DNA from: Pseudomonadota bacterium
GTDB lineage: Bacteria > Pseudomonadota > Gammaproteobacteria > Burkholderiales > JABEVD01
Length of the DNA: 64,000 bases
Assembly (NCBI GenBank): GCA_021802655.1
Contig: JAJZRP010000003.1
Span: 1,024 to 65,023, forward strand
Reading direction: 5' to 3'
Position 1 is the first letter of the stretch. Each line of letters starts with the position of its first letter. A program made the position numbers and the translations under genes. Below, piece after piece: positions 1-12,865 of the stretch. The notes below the pieces were generated by a model. The model worked only from the letters and a program-made list of their open reading frames with translations, made no database searches and was not told where the DNA came from.

Positions 1-756
1 CAGAAGTTCCCCGGGAGGATCCTGCCCCAGAAAGCCGAGCGCCCTGAAAAGCACGGGCACATCCGCTTCGACGGGGCTCGCCAGCGTCTGCTTGGAGAGT
101 TTTTCCCCATGGCTATTCGCTGCAACGGGAAGATGGGCATAGGCCGGCGTCTCGAAACCGAGGCATCTCTGCAGGTGGATCTGGCGCGGGGTCGAGTCGA
201 GCAGGTCGGCACCCCTGACGACATGCGTCACGCCCTGTTCTTTATCGTCGACCACCACGGCGAGCTGGTAGGCGAAGTAGCCGTCTGCGCGCAGCAGGAC
301 GAAGTCGCCGGCATCCCTTTCCAGATTCTGTGCGAATTCTCCCTGGATTGCGTCGAAAAAGGCTATCCGCTCATTTTCCACCCTGACCCGGATCGCGCGG
401 GCCTCACCCTTTGCGCCATTCCTGCAGGTTCCCCGGTAGATGCCTTCGATTTCGCGTCTCGAACAGGAACAGGGATAGGTGAAATTTCCCAGGCTTTCCA
501 GAGCGTCCCGGTAAAGTCGGGTCCGCTGACTCTGGAAGACGACTTCCCCGTCCCAGGCCATTCCCAGTTTTTCCAGAACATGCAGTATCTCGGAAGCTGC
601 ACCCGGCGCGGTTCTGGCCTCGTCAACGTCCTCGATCCTGACCAGCCATTTCCCTCCGGCGGCTTTCGCTGCGAGAAAGCTTCCCGCCGCGGCGATGATG
701 GAGCCGAAATGGAGCGGGCCGGTAGGGGAGGGGGCGAAGCGTCCGACATGGGTCAT
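1..756 (-). CDS. gluQ: tRNA glutamyl-Q(34) synthetase GluQRS (3' end runs off the window)
   Basis: Not in the ORF track. Manual translation from ATG at 756 gives MTHVGRFAPSPTGPLHFGSIIAAAGSFL, the RFAPSPTG / HIGH-like (HFGS) signature of GluQRS. Confidence 0.88.
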   Translation of the reverse strand, partial: MTHVGRFAPSPTGPLHFGSIIAAAGSFLAAKAAGGKWLVRIEDVDEARTAPGAASEILHVLEKLGMAWDGEVVFQSQRTRLYRDALESLGNFTYPCSCSRREIEGIYRGTCRNGAKGEARAIRVRVENERIAFFDAIQGEFAQNLERDAGDFVLLRADGYFAYQLAVVVDDKEQGVTHVVRGADLLDSTPRQIHLQRCLGFETPAYAHLPVAANSHGEKLSKQTLASPVEADVPVLFRALGFLGQDPPGELL

Positions 757-837
757 GAGGCGCTATTCTGCCACAGCTTGAACAAGGATGCTTCCTGTCC
801 TATAAAGAAAATTCGGATACTCGCAGCAGGAGGAGCC

Positions 838-1185
838 ATGCTGGACATAGAGAAAATGATGGGGGACGACCCCGAAGGAAGGCTTTCCGCCCTTCCCGAA
901 TGGTCCGAGGAAATCGCGAATAAGCTCGCCGAAAAGGAGGGCATTTCGCTGACCGAGGAGCACTGGGAAGTGATCCGGCTGCTGAGGAACCATTACCGTC
1001 TGCGCGGCAACGACCTGAGCGGAACGAGATTGCTGAATGCGCTCGAAGAGCCTTTCGGCGCAAGAGGCGGCAAGAAGCATCTATACGAGCTATTTCCAGG
1101 CGGGCCGATCAACCAGGGGAGCCGCCTGGCCGGCGTTCCGTCGCCTCCCTACAGCCGGGACACTTCCTTCGGCAGCGTGGCGTAG
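838..1185 (+). CDS. TusE/DsrC/DsvC-family protein lacking cysteines
   Basis: RBS AGGAG before ATG 838. Motifs WSEEIA..LA..EGISLTEEHWEVI, LYELFPGGP and RLAGVP are DsrC-fold signatures. No Cys anywhere in the protein. Confidence 0.85.
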   Translation: MLDIEKMMGDDPEGRLSALPEWSEEIANKLAEKEGISLTEEHWEVIRLLRNHYRLRGNDLSGTRLLNALEEPFGARGGKKHLYELFPGGPINQGSRLAGVPSPPYSRDTSFGSVA

Positions 1186-1202
1186 TTCGGGGCTTCCCTG
1201 GC

Positions 1203-1928
1203 TCAGGCTTCCTTTTCGCCTGGCGGGACGAATTTTGCGAGGAATATGCCGAGTTCGTACAGCAGCCAGAGCGGCAGGGCGAGCATGGTTTGCGAGACGA
1301 CGTCGGGCGGCGTGAAGACCGCGCCCAATATGAAAGCCCCGACGATCATGTAGGGACGCCATTCCTTGAGCTTCTGGATTTGGATGAATCCCATTCTGAC
1401 CAGTACGATGACGATGATCGGGACTTCGAATGTGACCCCGAAGGCGATGAACAGGGTGAGGACGAAATCGAGGTACTTTCCGATGTCGGTCATCATCGAA
1501 ACGCCTTCCGGCGTCACCTTGGAAATGAAGCCGAAAACGACGGGAAAGACCAGGAAATAGGCGAAAGCCATGCCGCTGAAGAAAAGGAAGGTGCTGCCCA
1601 CGATGAGCGGAGCGATCAGCTTCTTCTCGTGGGAATAGAGCCCTGGGGCGACGAATGCCCAGAGCTGGTAAAGCGTGTGGGGAAGACTGATCAGGAAGGC
1701 AGCCATGATCGCGATCTTCATCGGGACCAGGAAAGGCGTGGTGACCTCTGTCGCGATCATGCTCCCTCCCTTGGGCAGGTGCTGGAGCAGGGGGTGGGCG
1801 AGAATGGTGTAAAGCTCCCTCGCCCAGGGTGCGAGGCAGAGGAATATGACAACGACAACCACTGCGATTCGCAACAGGCGGGACCTGAGTTCGATCAGGT
1901 GAGCGATGATGCTTTCGGAAGTGCTCAT
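1203..1928 (-). CDS. tatC: Twin-arginine translocase subunit TatC
   Basis: HLIELRSRL, FVAPGLYSHEK and FTPPDVVSQ motifs; multi-TM; follows tatB. Confidence 0.97.
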   Translation of the reverse strand: MSTSESIIAHLIELRSRLLRIAVVVVVIFLCLAPWARELYTILAHPLLQHLPKGGSMIATEVTTPFLVPMKIAIMAAFLISLPHTLYQLWAFVAPGLYSHEKKLIAPLIVGSTFLFFSGMAFAYFLVFPVVFGFISKVTPEGVSMMTDIGKYLDFVLTLFIAFGVTFEVPIIVIVLVRMGFIQIQKLKEWRPYMIVGAFILGAVFTPPDVVSQTMLALPLWLLYELGIFLAKFVPPGEKEA

Positions 1929-2317
1929 TGTTCGCCGAAGTCGATCTTGAGCTGCCTCGGATCCTCTTCAGCGACAGGCTCCCCGTGCGCTTCCCCTTCG
2001 AGCGTTTTTTTCACTTCCTCCAGTTCGATATGCACCGCGCCTTCGGCTTCCCTGAACTTTTTCTCGTATTCGAAAGCCTTGGTTTTCAGGGCCGCTTCGA
2101 GCTTCATCGCGGATTCCCTGGCGTCTTCCTGCATCTGCTGGATTTCGTCGAGATTGGCTTCCCGCTGCAGTTCGACCTTGACGTCGTTGACGTAGCGCTG
2201 CGCCCGCCCGACCAGCAGGCCGAAGGCGCGCGCCACCTTCGGCAGGCGTTCCGGGCCGATGACGACGAGTGCGACTATCCCGATGAGGAAAAGCTCTGAG
2301 AAGCTGATGTCGAACAT
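1925..2317 (-). CDS. tatB: Twin-arginine translocase subunit TatB
   Basis: MFDISFSELFLIGIVALVVIGPERLPKVAR. Confidence 0.96.
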   Translation of the reverse strand: MFDISFSELFLIGIVALVVIGPERLPKVARAFGLLVGRAQRYVNDVKVELQREANLDEIQQMQEDARESAMKLEAALKTKAFEYEKKFREAEGAVHIELEEVKKTLEGEAHGEPVAEEDPRQLKIDFGEQ

Positions 2318-2321
2318 TGGA

Positions 2322-2540
2322 TCAGGATTTCGACTTTTCCTTCACTTCACCCTCGAGGGTGTGTCCGACTTCTTTCGAGTCGATCTTGGCATGTTCGTCC
2401 TCGACGCCTGCCATGCCTTCCTTGAAGCCTTTCACCGCGCCGCCGAGATCGCTTCCGATATTCCTCAGTTTCTTCGTTCCGAAAATCAGCAGAACGACCA
2501 GAAGAACGATGAGCCAGTGCCAGATGCTGAATGAACCCAT
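2322..2540 (-). CDS. tatA: Twin-arginine translocase subunit TatA
   Basis: [40 protein letters not shown]. Confidence 0.97.
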   Translation of the reverse strand: MGSFSIWHWLIVLLVVLLIFGTKKLRNIGSDLGGAVKGFKEGMAGVEDEHAKIDSKEVGHTLEGEVKEKSKS

Positions 2541-2555
2541 TTTAAACTCCTTGAA

Positions 2556-2906
2556 TTAAATCCTGACGAGCATGGGAGGAAGCCTTTCCTTCCCGCCGAT
2601 GACATGCAGATGCAGATGCATCACTTCCTGACCGCCGATTCTTCCCGTGTTGACGATGGTGCGGAATCCGTCGGCAAGCCCTTCTTCCCGGGCGAGTTTG
2701 GGCGCGAGCACCATGATTTTGCCCATGACATCCCTGTGCTTTTCACCGACATGCGCCATGGATTCGATATGTTCCTTGGGAATCAGCATGAAATGGACAG
2801 GGGCCACGGGATGGATGTCGTGTATGGCGATGACGTCTTCGTCCTCGTAAAGTCTCCTGCCGGGAATCTCCCCCCTGATGATGCGGCAAAAAATGCAGTT
2901 TTCCAT
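2556..2906 (-). CDS. Histidine triad (HIT/HinT) nucleotide-binding protein
   Basis: CIFCRII N-terminus and HLHLHVIGG histidine triad; conserved position between hisE and tatA. Confidence 0.93.
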   Translation of the reverse strand: MENCIFCRIIRGEIPGRRLYEDEDVIAIHDIHPVAPVHFMLIPKEHIESMAHVGEKHRDVMGKIMVLAPKLAREEGLADGFRTIVNTGRIGGQEVMHLHLHVIGGKERLPPMLVRI

Positions 2907-3217
2907 TATTTTCGCCCAGCCTTTTCCTCGTTGCCTGAAACGCCTTCCCTTCTTTCCAGTTCGGCATACACGTCTTCCGGGCGCAGCCCGTGCCAGGCGA
3001 GCATGACGAGGCTGTGGAACCAGAGATCCGCAGTTTCCTTCACAACGTGCAGTTTATCACCGTCCTTGGATGCGAGCAGCGTCTCCCCGGCTTCTTCCGC
3101 TATCTTTTTCAGTATGGCATCCTGCCCCTTGTCGAAAAGGGAGGCGACATAGGACGATTTCGGGTCCATTCCCTTGCGGGATGCAATCGTGTCCGCGAGG
3201 CGTTCCAGTATGCTCAT
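2906..3217 (-). CDS. hisE: Phosphoribosyl-ATP diphosphatase
   Basis: [17 protein letters not shown] and [11 protein letters not shown] at 3217 overlaps the hisI stop. Confidence 0.95.
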   Translation of the reverse strand: MSILERLADTIASRKGMDPKSSYVASLFDKGQDAILKKIAEEAGETLLASKDGDKLHVVKETADLWFHSLVMLAWHGLRPEDVYAELERREGVSGNEEKAGRK

Positions 3218-3609
3218 GCCTTGCTCCCGTAAATTTCCTCGGGGGCCTTGATCACTTCGTCCGTCACCACCCAGTGGCCGTCTTCCAGCTTCTGGAAGAA
3301 GCAGCTCTCCCGCCCCGTGTGGCAGGCGATGCCGCCCTTCTGTTCGACTTTCAATAGAATCACGTCTTCGTCGCAATCGAGGCGCATCTCCACGATGCTC
3401 TGGGTATGCCCCGATTCCTCGCCCTTGCGCCAGAGTTTCTTTCTGGAGCGCGACCAGTAGACGGCGACCCCGGTTTTGGCGCTCAGCTCCAGGGCTTCCC
3501 GGTTCATCCAGGCGACCATCAGCACGCGCCCGGTTGCCGAATCCTGGGCGATCGCGGGAACAAGGCCTTCGTTGGACCAGTTGATCTTGTTCAGCCAGTT
3601 GTCGTTCAA
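3214..3609 (-). CDS. hisI: Phosphoribosyl-AMP cyclohydrolase
   Basis: [27 protein letters not shown] and [13 protein letters not shown] start overlapping the hisF stop (start inferred). Confidence 0.94.
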   Translation of the reverse strand: MNDNWLNKINWSNEGLVPAIAQDSATGRVLMVAWMNREALELSAKTGVAVYWSRSRKKLWRKGEESGHTQSIVEMRLDCDEDVILLKVEQKGGIACHTGRESCFFQKLEDGHWVVTDEVIKAPEEIYGSKA

Positions 3610-4367
3610 AGTCTCACCTCGATATGGCGGTTTGCCATGTATTCCTTGGCTTCTCTCACGGTGTATTCGCCGTAATGGAAAATGCTTGCGGCGAGGACCG
3701 CATCGGCATGCCCTTCGAGCACGCCCTGCGCAAGATGCGCGAGGTTGCCCACTCCGCCGCTTGCGATCAGGGGAATGTCGAGCGCGTCGGACACGGCCCT
3801 GGTGAGTTCGATGTCGAAGCCGTTTCTGGTGCCGTCCCTGTCCATGCTGGTGAGCAGGATTTCCCCCGCTCCCAGTTGCTGCATTCTCACAGCCCATTCT
3901 ATAGCATCCAGCCCGGTTTGCCTTCTTCCGCCGTGGGTGAACACTTCCCACTTTTTTTCGCCGGTCTTCTTGGCGTCGATTGCGACGACGATGCATTGCG
4001 ATCCGAAGCGGTGCGACGATTCGGCGACGAGATCGGGATTGGATACCGCCGACGTGTTCATGCTGACCTTGTCCGCGCCCGCATTGAGCAGGCTCCTCAC
4101 GTCGGACACAGCCCTCACCCCCCCGCCCACCGTGAGCGGGATGAAGACCTGGGAAGCCACGTCTTCGATGATTTTGAGGATCAGCCCGCGCTCGTCCGAG
4201 CTTGCCGTGATGTCGAGGAAAGTGAGCTCGTCTGCGCCCTGCTCGTCATAGCGGCGGGCAATCTCGACGGGGTCCCCGGCGTCCCTGAGACCGACGAAGT
4301 TGACTCCCTTGACGACCCTTCCTCCGGTTACGTCGAGGCAGGGAATGATCCTTTTCGCGAGTCCCAT
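3606..4367 (-). CDS. hisF: Imidazole glycerol phosphate synthase cyclase subunit
   Basis: [18 protein letters not shown] and SMDRDGT. Confidence 0.97.
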   Translation of the reverse strand: MGLAKRIIPCLDVTGGRVVKGVNFVGLRDAGDPVEIARRYDEQGADELTFLDITASSDERGLILKIIEDVASQVFIPLTVGGGVRAVSDVRSLLNAGADKVSMNTSAVSNPDLVAESSHRFGSQCIVVAIDAKKTGEKKWEVFTHGGRRQTGLDAIEWAVRMQQLGAGEILLTSMDRDGTRNGFDIELTRAVSDALDIPLIASGGVGNLAHLAQGVLEGHADAVLAASIFHYGEYTVREAKEYMANRHIEVRL

Positions 4368-4368
4368 T

Positions 4369-5121
4369 TCACTCCAGGAATTTCGGGGCGAGCGAGTCGG
4401 CGAGCGCCTGCGCCGCCTTGAAGTCGAGCGTCCCCTCGTAGATGGCGCGCCCCGTGATCGCCCCCATGATGCCCTCCGATTCTATGCCGCACAGCGCCCT
4501 GACGTCTTCGAGATTGGTGAGCCCGCCGCTCGCGATCACCGGAATGGTGAGCTCGCGCGCGAGATTGACGGTTGCCTCGATATTGACCCCGGTGAGCATG
4601 CCGTCCCGTCCGATGTCGGTGTAGATGACGGCTTCCACCCCGTAATCCTGGAAGCGCCTGGCGAGATCGACGACGTCGTGCCCGGTTACCTTGGACCAGC
4701 CGTTGACCGCGACCTTGCCGTCCTTGGCGTCCAGCCCGACCATGATGTGGCCGGGAAAGGCGTTGCAGGCGTCGTGCAAAAACCCCGGCGTCTTGACCGC
4801 AGCAGTGCCGATGATGATGTAAGTGACCCCGTCGTCGAGATAGCGCTCTATGGTTTCGAGGTCGCGGATTCCTCCGCCGAGCTGGACCGGAACGTCATCC
4901 CCTACCGCCTTGATCACGGAACGGATCGCTTCCTCGTTCCTGGGCTTTCCGGCAAATGCGCCGTTGAGGTCGACGAGATGGAGGCGTCTCGCGCCCTGGG
5001 CTATCCAGTGCTTCGCAGTGGTTGCCGGATTGTCCGAAAAGACGGTGGCGTCTTCCATCAGTCCCTGTTTGAGGCGAACGCATTCGCCGTCCTTCAAATC
5101 GATGGCAGGAATAATCAGCAT
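4369..5121 (-). CDS. hisA: ProFAR isomerase
   Basis: [26 protein letters not shown] and TDIGRDG. Confidence 0.97.
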   Translation of the reverse strand: MLIIPAIDLKDGECVRLKQGLMEDATVFSDNPATTAKHWIAQGARRLHLVDLNGAFAGKPRNEEAIRSVIKAVGDDVPVQLGGGIRDLETIERYLDDGVTYIIIGTAAVKTPGFLHDACNAFPGHIMVGLDAKDGKVAVNGWSKVTGHDVVDLARRFQDYGVEAVIYTDIGRDGMLTGVNIEATVNLARELTIPVIASGGLTNLEDVRALCGIESEGIMGAITGRAIYEGTLDFKAAQALADSLAPKFLE

Positions 5122-5139
5122 ATCCCGGTGTTCTCCAAT

Positions 5140-5784
5140 CTAAAATGCGCCATTCCAGGCGGAGAAATTGCGCAACAGGGCAAGCCCCGCGCTCTGGCTT
5201 TTCTCCGGATGGAATTGTACGGCAAAAATATTGCCCTTCGCCACGGCCGAGGCGAAGCGGAAGGGGTAGCGGCTGGTTGCCGCGATGATGCCTTCATCGT
5301 CCGGTTCGGCGTAATAGCTGTGCACGAAATAGAACCGGCTGCCCTGTTCTATTCCTTCCCAAAGGGGATGGGACAGGCATGTTTCGACCTGGTTCCATCC
5401 GATATGCGGCACTTTCAGTTTTTCCCCGGAAGAGTCGAACATTTTGTCCTGGGGGAATCGCTTCACCTTGCCCCTCAAAACCCCCAGCCCGGCCACGTTA
5501 CCCTCTTCGCTGAAATCGAAGAGCATCTGCAGGCCGATGCAGATGCCGAGAAAGGGCTTTTCTTTTGCCGAGCGCATGACCGCATCCCTCAGCCCCCTGG
5601 AATCGAGTTCACGCATGCAGTCCGGCATGGCGCCCTGTCCGGGAAAGATCACGCGATGGGCTCCCAGGATTTCGGAAGGGTCGCTCGTCACCGTCACCTT
5701 CGATTGCGGCGAGACATGCTCTATCGCATGGGCGACAGAGCGCAGGTTGCCCATGCCGTAATCGATGATGGCGATTTCGGCCAT
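5140..5784 (-). CDS. hisH: Imidazole glycerol phosphate synthase glutaminase subunit
   Basis: IIDYGMGNLRSV, GICIGLQ, YFVHSY and QFHPEKS; ATG at 5784. Confidence 0.96.
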   Translation of the reverse strand: MAEIAIIDYGMGNLRSVAHAIEHVSPQSKVTVTSDPSEILGAHRVIFPGQGAMPDCMRELDSRGLRDAVMRSAKEKPFLGICIGLQMLFDFSEEGNVAGLGVLRGKVKRFPQDKMFDSSGEKLKVPHIGWNQVETCLSHPLWEGIEQGSRFYFVHSYYAEPDDEGIIAATSRYPFRFASAVAKGNIFAVQFHPEKSQSAGLALLRNFSAWNGAF

Positions 5785-5786
5785 GC

Positions 5787-6374
5787 TCAGAGGCTGCCTT
5801 TGGTCGATGGCATTTCGCCTTCCAGGCGCGCGTCGATGCTGCACGCCATCCTCAGTGCGCGTCCGAAAGCCTTGAAAATCGTTTCGCACTGGTGATGCGC
5901 ATTCTTTCCCTTGAGGTTGTCGATGTGCAGGGTGACCAGGGCATGGTTGACGAAGCCCTGGAAGAATTCGCGAACCAGCTCGACATCGAATTCCCCCACC
6001 ATTCCTCGCGTGAAAGGCGCGTCCATGACGAGTCCCGGCCTGCCGGAGAGGTCGACGACGACCCTGGAGAGGGCTTCGTCCAGCGGGACGTAGGCGTGGC
6101 CGTAGCGGAATATGCCCTTCTTGTCCCCGATCGCTCTGGAAAACGCCTGTCCCAGGGTGATGCCGATGTCTTCCACCGTGTGGTGCCCGTCGATGTGCAG
6201 GTCCCCCTTCGCATTGACATCGAGATCGATCAGGCCGTGTTTCGCGACCTGGTCGAGCATGTGGTCGAAAAAGCCTATTCCGGTGGAAATCGAGGATTTT
6301 CCCGTGCCATCCAGGACGATCCCGACCGAGATCTCGGTTTCGAGCGTGCTTCTTTTGACTTCGGCTTCCCGCAT
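5787..6374 (-). CDS. hisB: Imidazoleglycerol-phosphate dehydratase (monofunctional)
   Basis: [15 protein letters not shown] and NAHHQCE. Confidence 0.97.
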   Translation of the reverse strand: MREAEVKRSTLETEISVGIVLDGTGKSSISTGIGFFDHMLDQVAKHGLIDLDVNAKGDLHIDGHHTVEDIGITLGQAFSRAIGDKKGIFRYGHAYVPLDEALSRVVVDLSGRPGLVMDAPFTRGMVGEFDVELVREFFQGFVNHALVTLHIDNLKGKNAHHQCETIFKAFGRALRMACSIDARLEGEMPSTKGSL

Positions 6375-6382
6375 GATGTGTC

Positions 6383-7687
6383 CTATGAGTTTTCGAAACG
6401 AAAGGCGGCGGATCTGGCATGCGCATCCAGCCCTTCACCGATGGCGAGCGTTTGCGCCACGCGCCCCAGGGTTGCCGCGCCTGCCTGTGACACCGATATC
6501 AGGCTGCTCCGCTTCTGGAAGTCGTAGACTCCCAGGGGGGAGGAGAAGCGCGCGGTTCTCGATGTGGGCAGAACATGGTTCGGCCCTGCGCAATAATCCC
6601 CGAGCGACTCCGAGGTATAGCGCCCCATGAAGATCGCTCCGGCATGCCTGATTTTATCGAGCAGCGCTTCCGGATCCTCCACGGAAAGTTCGAGATGTTC
6701 GGGTGCGATTCGGTTCGCGATTTCGCACGCTTCCCGAAGGTCCCTGACCTTGATCAGCGCGCCGCGCTTGCCGAGCGATGCCGCTATCACTGCGCGCCTC
6801 GCCATTTGCGGAAGGAGCTTTTCCATGCTCCTTCCGACGGCATCGAGGAAAGCCCGGTCCGGGCAGAGCAGGATGGACTGTGCGATTTCGTCGTGCTCGG
6901 CCTGGGAGAAAAGATCCATGGCAATCCAGTCAGGGCTCGTCTTGCCGTCGCAGATCACCAGGATTTCGGAAGGACCTGCGATCATGTCTATGCCGACTGT
7001 CCCGAAAACCCTGCGCTTGGCCTCAGCTACATAGGCGTTTCCAGGCCCCACGATCTTGTCGACCTGGGGAACCGTTTGGGTGCCATAGGCGAGCGCGCCC
7101 ACCGCCTGGGCGCCGCCCACGCAGAATACCCTGTCGACATTGCAGATCGCGGCAGCAGCGAGCACCAGCTCGTTCTTCTCCCCTCCCGGGGTCGGGACGA
7201 CCATGATGAGTTCGGATACCCCTGCGACCTTGGCGGGAATCGCGTTCATCAGCACCGAAGAAGGATAGGCTGCCTTGCCGCCCGGAACATAAAGACCGAC
7301 TCTGTCGAGCGGCGTGATTTTCTGCCCGAGCATGGTGCCGTCTTCCTCGACATGGCGCCAGGAGGACTGCAATTGCTTTTCGTGGTAGATCCTGATTCTG
7401 TGAGCCGCCTGCTCGAGCGCTTCGCGCTGCGCCAGGGGCAAGCCCTGCAATGCTGCTTCGAGCCTCGATCTCGGCAGGTCGAGTTCCTGCATGGAAGCCG
7501 CGTCCAGTCTGTCGAAGCGCCGCGTATAGTCGAGCAGGGCGGCATCTCCCCTTTTATGGATGTCGTCAAGTATGGAGGCGACGGTTTCCTCAATTTTGGG
7601 GTCGCGCGCGCTCTCATAGGCGAGCAGGGCTTTCAGTCCGGAATCGAAGCCGGAAGCCTGGGTGTCGAGACGGGAAATGATGGGCAT
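6383..7687 (-). CDS. hisD: Histidinol dehydrogenase
   Basis: [31 protein letters not shown] and SQAEHD. Confidence 0.97.
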   Translation of the reverse strand: MPIISRLDTQASGFDSGLKALLAYESARDPKIEETVASILDDIHKRGDAALLDYTRRFDRLDAASMQELDLPRSRLEAALQGLPLAQREALEQAAHRIRIYHEKQLQSSWRHVEEDGTMLGQKITPLDRVGLYVPGGKAAYPSSVLMNAIPAKVAGVSELIMVVPTPGGEKNELVLAAAAICNVDRVFCVGGAQAVGALAYGTQTVPQVDKIVGPGNAYVAEAKRRVFGTVGIDMIAGPSEILVICDGKTSPDWIAMDLFSQAEHDEIAQSILLCPDRAFLDAVGRSMEKLLPQMARRAVIAASLGKRGALIKVRDLREACEIANRIAPEHLELSVEDPEALLDKIRHAGAIFMGRYTSESLGDYCAGPNHVLPTSRTARFSSPLGVYDFQKRSSLISVSQAGAATLGRVAQTLAIGEGLDAHARSAAFRFENS

Positions 7688-7707
7688 GATTCGATTTTAC
7701 ACGAAAT

Positions 7708-9835
<2,128 letters not shown>

Positions 9836-9845
9836 GGTTTCTCTT

Positions 9846-10601
9846 TCAGTTGCGCAGTTTGTAACCGGATTTTAACAGGCCGAGGGTGATCAATGATACA
9901 GCCGCAAGGCAAATGGAGACGACGAGCAGACTGAAATAGGGGGAAATGTCGGAAACCCCGAAAAATCCGTAGCGGAAGCCGTCTATCAGATAAAAGAACG
10001 GATTCAGATGTGAGACTTCCTGCCAAAAAGGGGGCAGGGAATGGATGGAATAGAATACCCCGGAAAGGAAGGTCAGGGGAAGAATGATGAAGTTCTGGAA
10101 GCTCGCCAGCTGGTCGAATTTTTCGGCCCATATGCCCGCCACGATGCCGATCGCGCCGAGGATGAAGCTTCCCAGCAGGGCGAAAACCAGCGCCCAGAGC
10201 GGAAATTTCAGGGGGATGTCGACGGCCCACAGCGTGATCAGGAAAATGCCGCTTCCGACCAGGACCCCTCTTATCGTCGATGCGAGCACGTAGGCGAGAA
10301 AGATTTCGGGGTAGGAGACCGGAGAGAGCAGCAGGAAAATGATGTTTCCGGTGATCTTCGACTGGATGAGGCTGGAAGAACTGTTCGCGAAAGCGTTCTG
10401 CAGCAGCGCCATCATGGCAAGACCGGGGATCAGAAACGAAACGTATGGAACTCCCGGGAAGGCCTCGACATGGTCTCCCAGGACATGGGAGAAAATGAGG
10501 AGGTAGAGCATCGTGCTCAGGAGCGGGGACAGGACGGTCTGGAACCCCACCTTCCAGAAACGCACCACTTCCTTGTACAGCAGGCTGTAGAAACCTTTCA
10601 T
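9846..10601 (-). CDS. ABC-2 type transporter permease (YadH-like)
   Basis: KEVVRFWKV, PLTFLSGVFYSI and NPFFYLIDGFRYGF. Confidence 0.9.
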   Translation of the reverse strand: MKGFYSLLYKEVVRFWKVGFQTVLSPLLSTMLYLLIFSHVLGDHVEAFPGVPYVSFLIPGLAMMALLQNAFANSSSSLIQSKITGNIIFLLLSPVSYPEIFLAYVLASTIRGVLVGSGIFLITLWAVDIPLKFPLWALVFALLGSFILGAIGIVAGIWAEKFDQLASFQNFIILPLTFLSGVFYSIHSLPPFWQEVSHLNPFFYLIDGFRYGFFGVSDISPYFSLLVVSICLAAVSLITLGLLKSGYKLRN

Positions 10602-11497
10602 TGCTTCCTCATGATTTCCACGAAAACCGCTTCGAGGTCGGGATGGGGGAGGACCATGTCCGTGATCCTGGCGCCCGATGCTCTGATGGTTTCCAGCATG
10701 GATTCGAGTTCTGCAAATTCGTCGAGTTTCAGCACATGGTAGCCGGATTCTTTGCCAATAAATCCCGGGAGAAGCGCATCCGGCAGGCTGTCGGGGGAAA
10801 TCTGCAGCTTGACATGGCGAACCTTGCAGCTTTTCAGGAGATTGCTGGTCGTATCGAGCGCCACTATTTTTCCCGCTTTCAGCATGGCGATCCGGTTGCA
10901 AAGCGCCTCGGCTTCCTCAAGGTAATGGGTGGTGAGCACGATGGTGTGCCCCGATGCGTTGAGCGACTTGATGAATTCCCAAAGCGCCTGCCTCAGTTCG
11001 ACGTCGACTCCCGCAGTCGGCTCGTCGAGGATGATGACCGGCGGCTTGTGGACGAGCGCCTGCGCGACCAGAACACGGCGCTTCATGCCGCCCGAGAGCG
11101 CTCTCATGTTGGTGTCGGCCTTCGAGGAAAGATCCAGGCGCGCCAGTATCTCGTCTATCCAGGCGGCATTGTCGGATATGCCGAAATAGCCCGACTGGAC
11201 TTCGAGCACTTCCCTGACGGTGAAGAAGGGATCGAAAACCAGCTCCTGGGGAACGACGCCCACCGAACGCCGCGCCTTGCGGTATTCCCTGGAAACGTCG
11301 AAGCCCATGATGGCAAGCCTGCCGCTATCCGGCCGGGAAAGCCCGGACAGCAGGTTGATGAGGGTCGTTTTTCCGGCCCCGTTGGGTCCCAGAAGGGCGA
11401 AGAACTCGCCCTGGGCGATTTCGAGATCGACGCAGTCGACAGCCCTGAGGCTGCCGAACTGCTTGCTGGCCTGACGGATCGCTATTGCCGGATTCAT
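10598..11497 (-). CDS. ABC transporter ATP-binding protein (YadG-like)
   Basis: [17 protein letters not shown] and ILDEPTAGVD; ATG at 11497. Confidence 0.92.
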   Translation of the reverse strand: MNPAIAIRQASKQFGSLRAVDCVDLEIAQGEFFALLGPNGAGKTTLINLLSGLSRPDSGRLAIMGFDVSREYRKARRSVGVVPQELVFDPFFTVREVLEVQSGYFGISDNAAWIDEILARLDLSSKADTNMRALSGGMKRRVLVAQALVHKPPVIILDEPTAGVDVELRQALWEFIKSLNASGHTIVLTTHYLEEAEALCNRIAMLKAGKIVALDTTSNLLKSCKVRHVKLQISPDSLPDALLPGFIGKESGYHVLKLDEFAELESMLETIRASGARITDMVLPHPDLEAVFVEIMRKQ

Positions 11498-11793
11498 TTC
11501 GGAGAATCCGTTTCCTCTTGAGGAAACAGGCCGTTCAGCCCGTAAAGCCTGGCGAGGCTTGCCAGTTCCTGATTGATGCCGAAAAAGGAAAGATCCTGCC
11601 TGCGTTTTTTCGCTGCCCGCATCCATTCGAGCATCATGCCGATCGCGGAGGAATCCACCGCGCTCACCTTGCCGAGATCGACCTCGAGCGCTCCTGCCTC
11701 GATTTCGGCCAGTCCTTCAGCGAGCGTTTTCCTGACGTTGCCGACCGTGACCGGACCTTCCAACGAAATGCGGATGCCCCGGCGCTGGATCAT
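11494..11793 (-). CDS. mlaB: STAS-domain protein MlaB
   Basis: VDLGKVSAVDSSAIG and LARLYGL; position in the mla operon. Confidence 0.85.
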   Translation of the reverse strand: MIQRRGIRISLEGPVTVGNVRKTLAEGLAEIEAGALEVDLGKVSAVDSSAIGMMLEWMRAAKKRRQDLSFFGINQELASLARLYGLNGLFPQEETDSPK

Positions 11794-12386
11794 TTGCCCG
11801 TTTCAAGCTTTTTGTTCTTGTCGACAAGCATCTTGATGAGGCCGTCGATCCCGGAATTGCTGATCTCGGTCTGGAAAGTGCTGCGGTAATTCGTGACTAG
11901 GCTCACGCCTTCGACCGAGACGTCGAAGATCATCCATCCCTGGCCGGTCTTTTCCATCCGGTAATCGATCGAGATGGGCGCCTTGCCGCTCTGGATGATG
12001 CGGCTGTGAACCATGACCTGATTCGAATCCGGTGCGGCGGACAGGGGGAGCACTTCTATGGGTTCGTTCCTGTAGGACTCCAGCGCGCTGGAATAGGTAT
12101 TCATCAGCAGGGTGTGGAATTCCTGGGTCAGGCTTTTTTGCTGTTCCGGGGTCGCATCGCGCCATCCCCTGCCGACCGCCAGCTTGGTCATGCGGGTGAA
12201 GTCGAAATGGGGCATGATCTTGGCATCGACCGCATCGGCCAGGGCCTTCCTGTCGGAATGCCTGGATTTTTCCTGCTTGATGATGGCGGTCACTTCCTGG
12301 GCCAGATCCTTGATCAGCGCGTCAGGCGCGATTTCCGCGTACGCGAGAACCGGGAAGAGGAGCAGCAGTGTCAGAAGTTTTCTCAT
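11790..12386 (-). CDS. mlaC: Periplasmic phospholipid-binding protein MlaC
   Basis: Signal peptide; PHFDFTRMT and DVSVEGVSLVTNYRSTF. Confidence 0.92.
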   Translation of the reverse strand: MRKLLTLLLLFPVLAYAEIAPDALIKDLAQEVTAIIKQEKSRHSDRKALADAVDAKIMPHFDFTRMTKLAVGRGWRDATPEQQKSLTQEFHTLLMNTYSSALESYRNEPIEVLPLSAAPDSNQVMVHSRIIQSGKAPISIDYRMEKTGQGWMIFDVSVEGVSLVTNYRSTFQTEISNSGIDGLIKMLVDKNKKLETGK

Positions 12387-12396
12387 GATTTCCTTT

Positions 12397-12861
12397 CTAC
12401 TGGTGGTTGCCCGATCCGGCCTTGTTGAAGATGAATTGACCGATCAGTTTTTCGAGAACTATGGCCGACTGGGTCAGCGTGATGGTGTCTCCGGCCTTGA
12501 GCATCTGGTCGTCAGCGCCGGTATCGAGTCCGATATACTGTTCTCCCAGAAGCCCGGAGGTCAAGATGGATGCGGTGCTGTCCTTGGAGAACTGGTACTG
12601 CCTGTCGATATTGAGCGTGACCCTGGCCTTGTACTGTTTCTGGTCGAAAGCGATTGCCGCCACCCTTCCCACCACGACTCCTGCGCTCTTGATCGGAGCC
12701 CTGGGCTTCAATCCGCCGATATTGTCGAAATAGGCATAGACCGGGTAGGTGCTGGACCCGTTCAGGCTGAAGTTTCCCACCTTGAGTGCGAGCACGAGAA
12801 TTGCAGCCATGCCGGCTGCAACGAAAATGCCGACCCATAAATCCAGTGTTGTGCGTTCCAT
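12397..12861 (-). CDS. mlaD: MCE-domain protein MlaD
   Basis: FDNIGGLK..GVVVGRV and ILTSGLLGEQYIGL. Confidence 0.94.
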   Translation of the reverse strand: MERTTLDLWVGIFVAAGMAAILVLALKVGNFSLNGSSTYPVYAYFDNIGGLKPRAPIKSAGVVVGRVAAIAFDQKQYKARVTLNIDRQYQFSKDSTASILTSGLLGEQYIGLDTGADDQMLKAGDTITLTQSAIVLEKLIGQFIFNKAGSGNHQ

Positions 12862-12865
12862 TGAA

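Noticed and set aside
109..837. N-terminal 243 aa of the 358-aa + strand ORF (apparent long DsrC fusion)
   Set aside because: It is the antisense shadow of gluQ. The real DsrC-like gene starts at ATG 838 after an AGGAG RBS.
4300..5895. 531-aa + strand ORF, and similar long antisense ORFs (6575-7924, 27263-29296, 30151-31698, 45828-47492, 49949-51697, 52837-54996, 57527-59104)
   Set aside because: They lie antisense to well-recognised genes and have no recognisable motifs. Such ORFs are expected from GC-rich codon bias.
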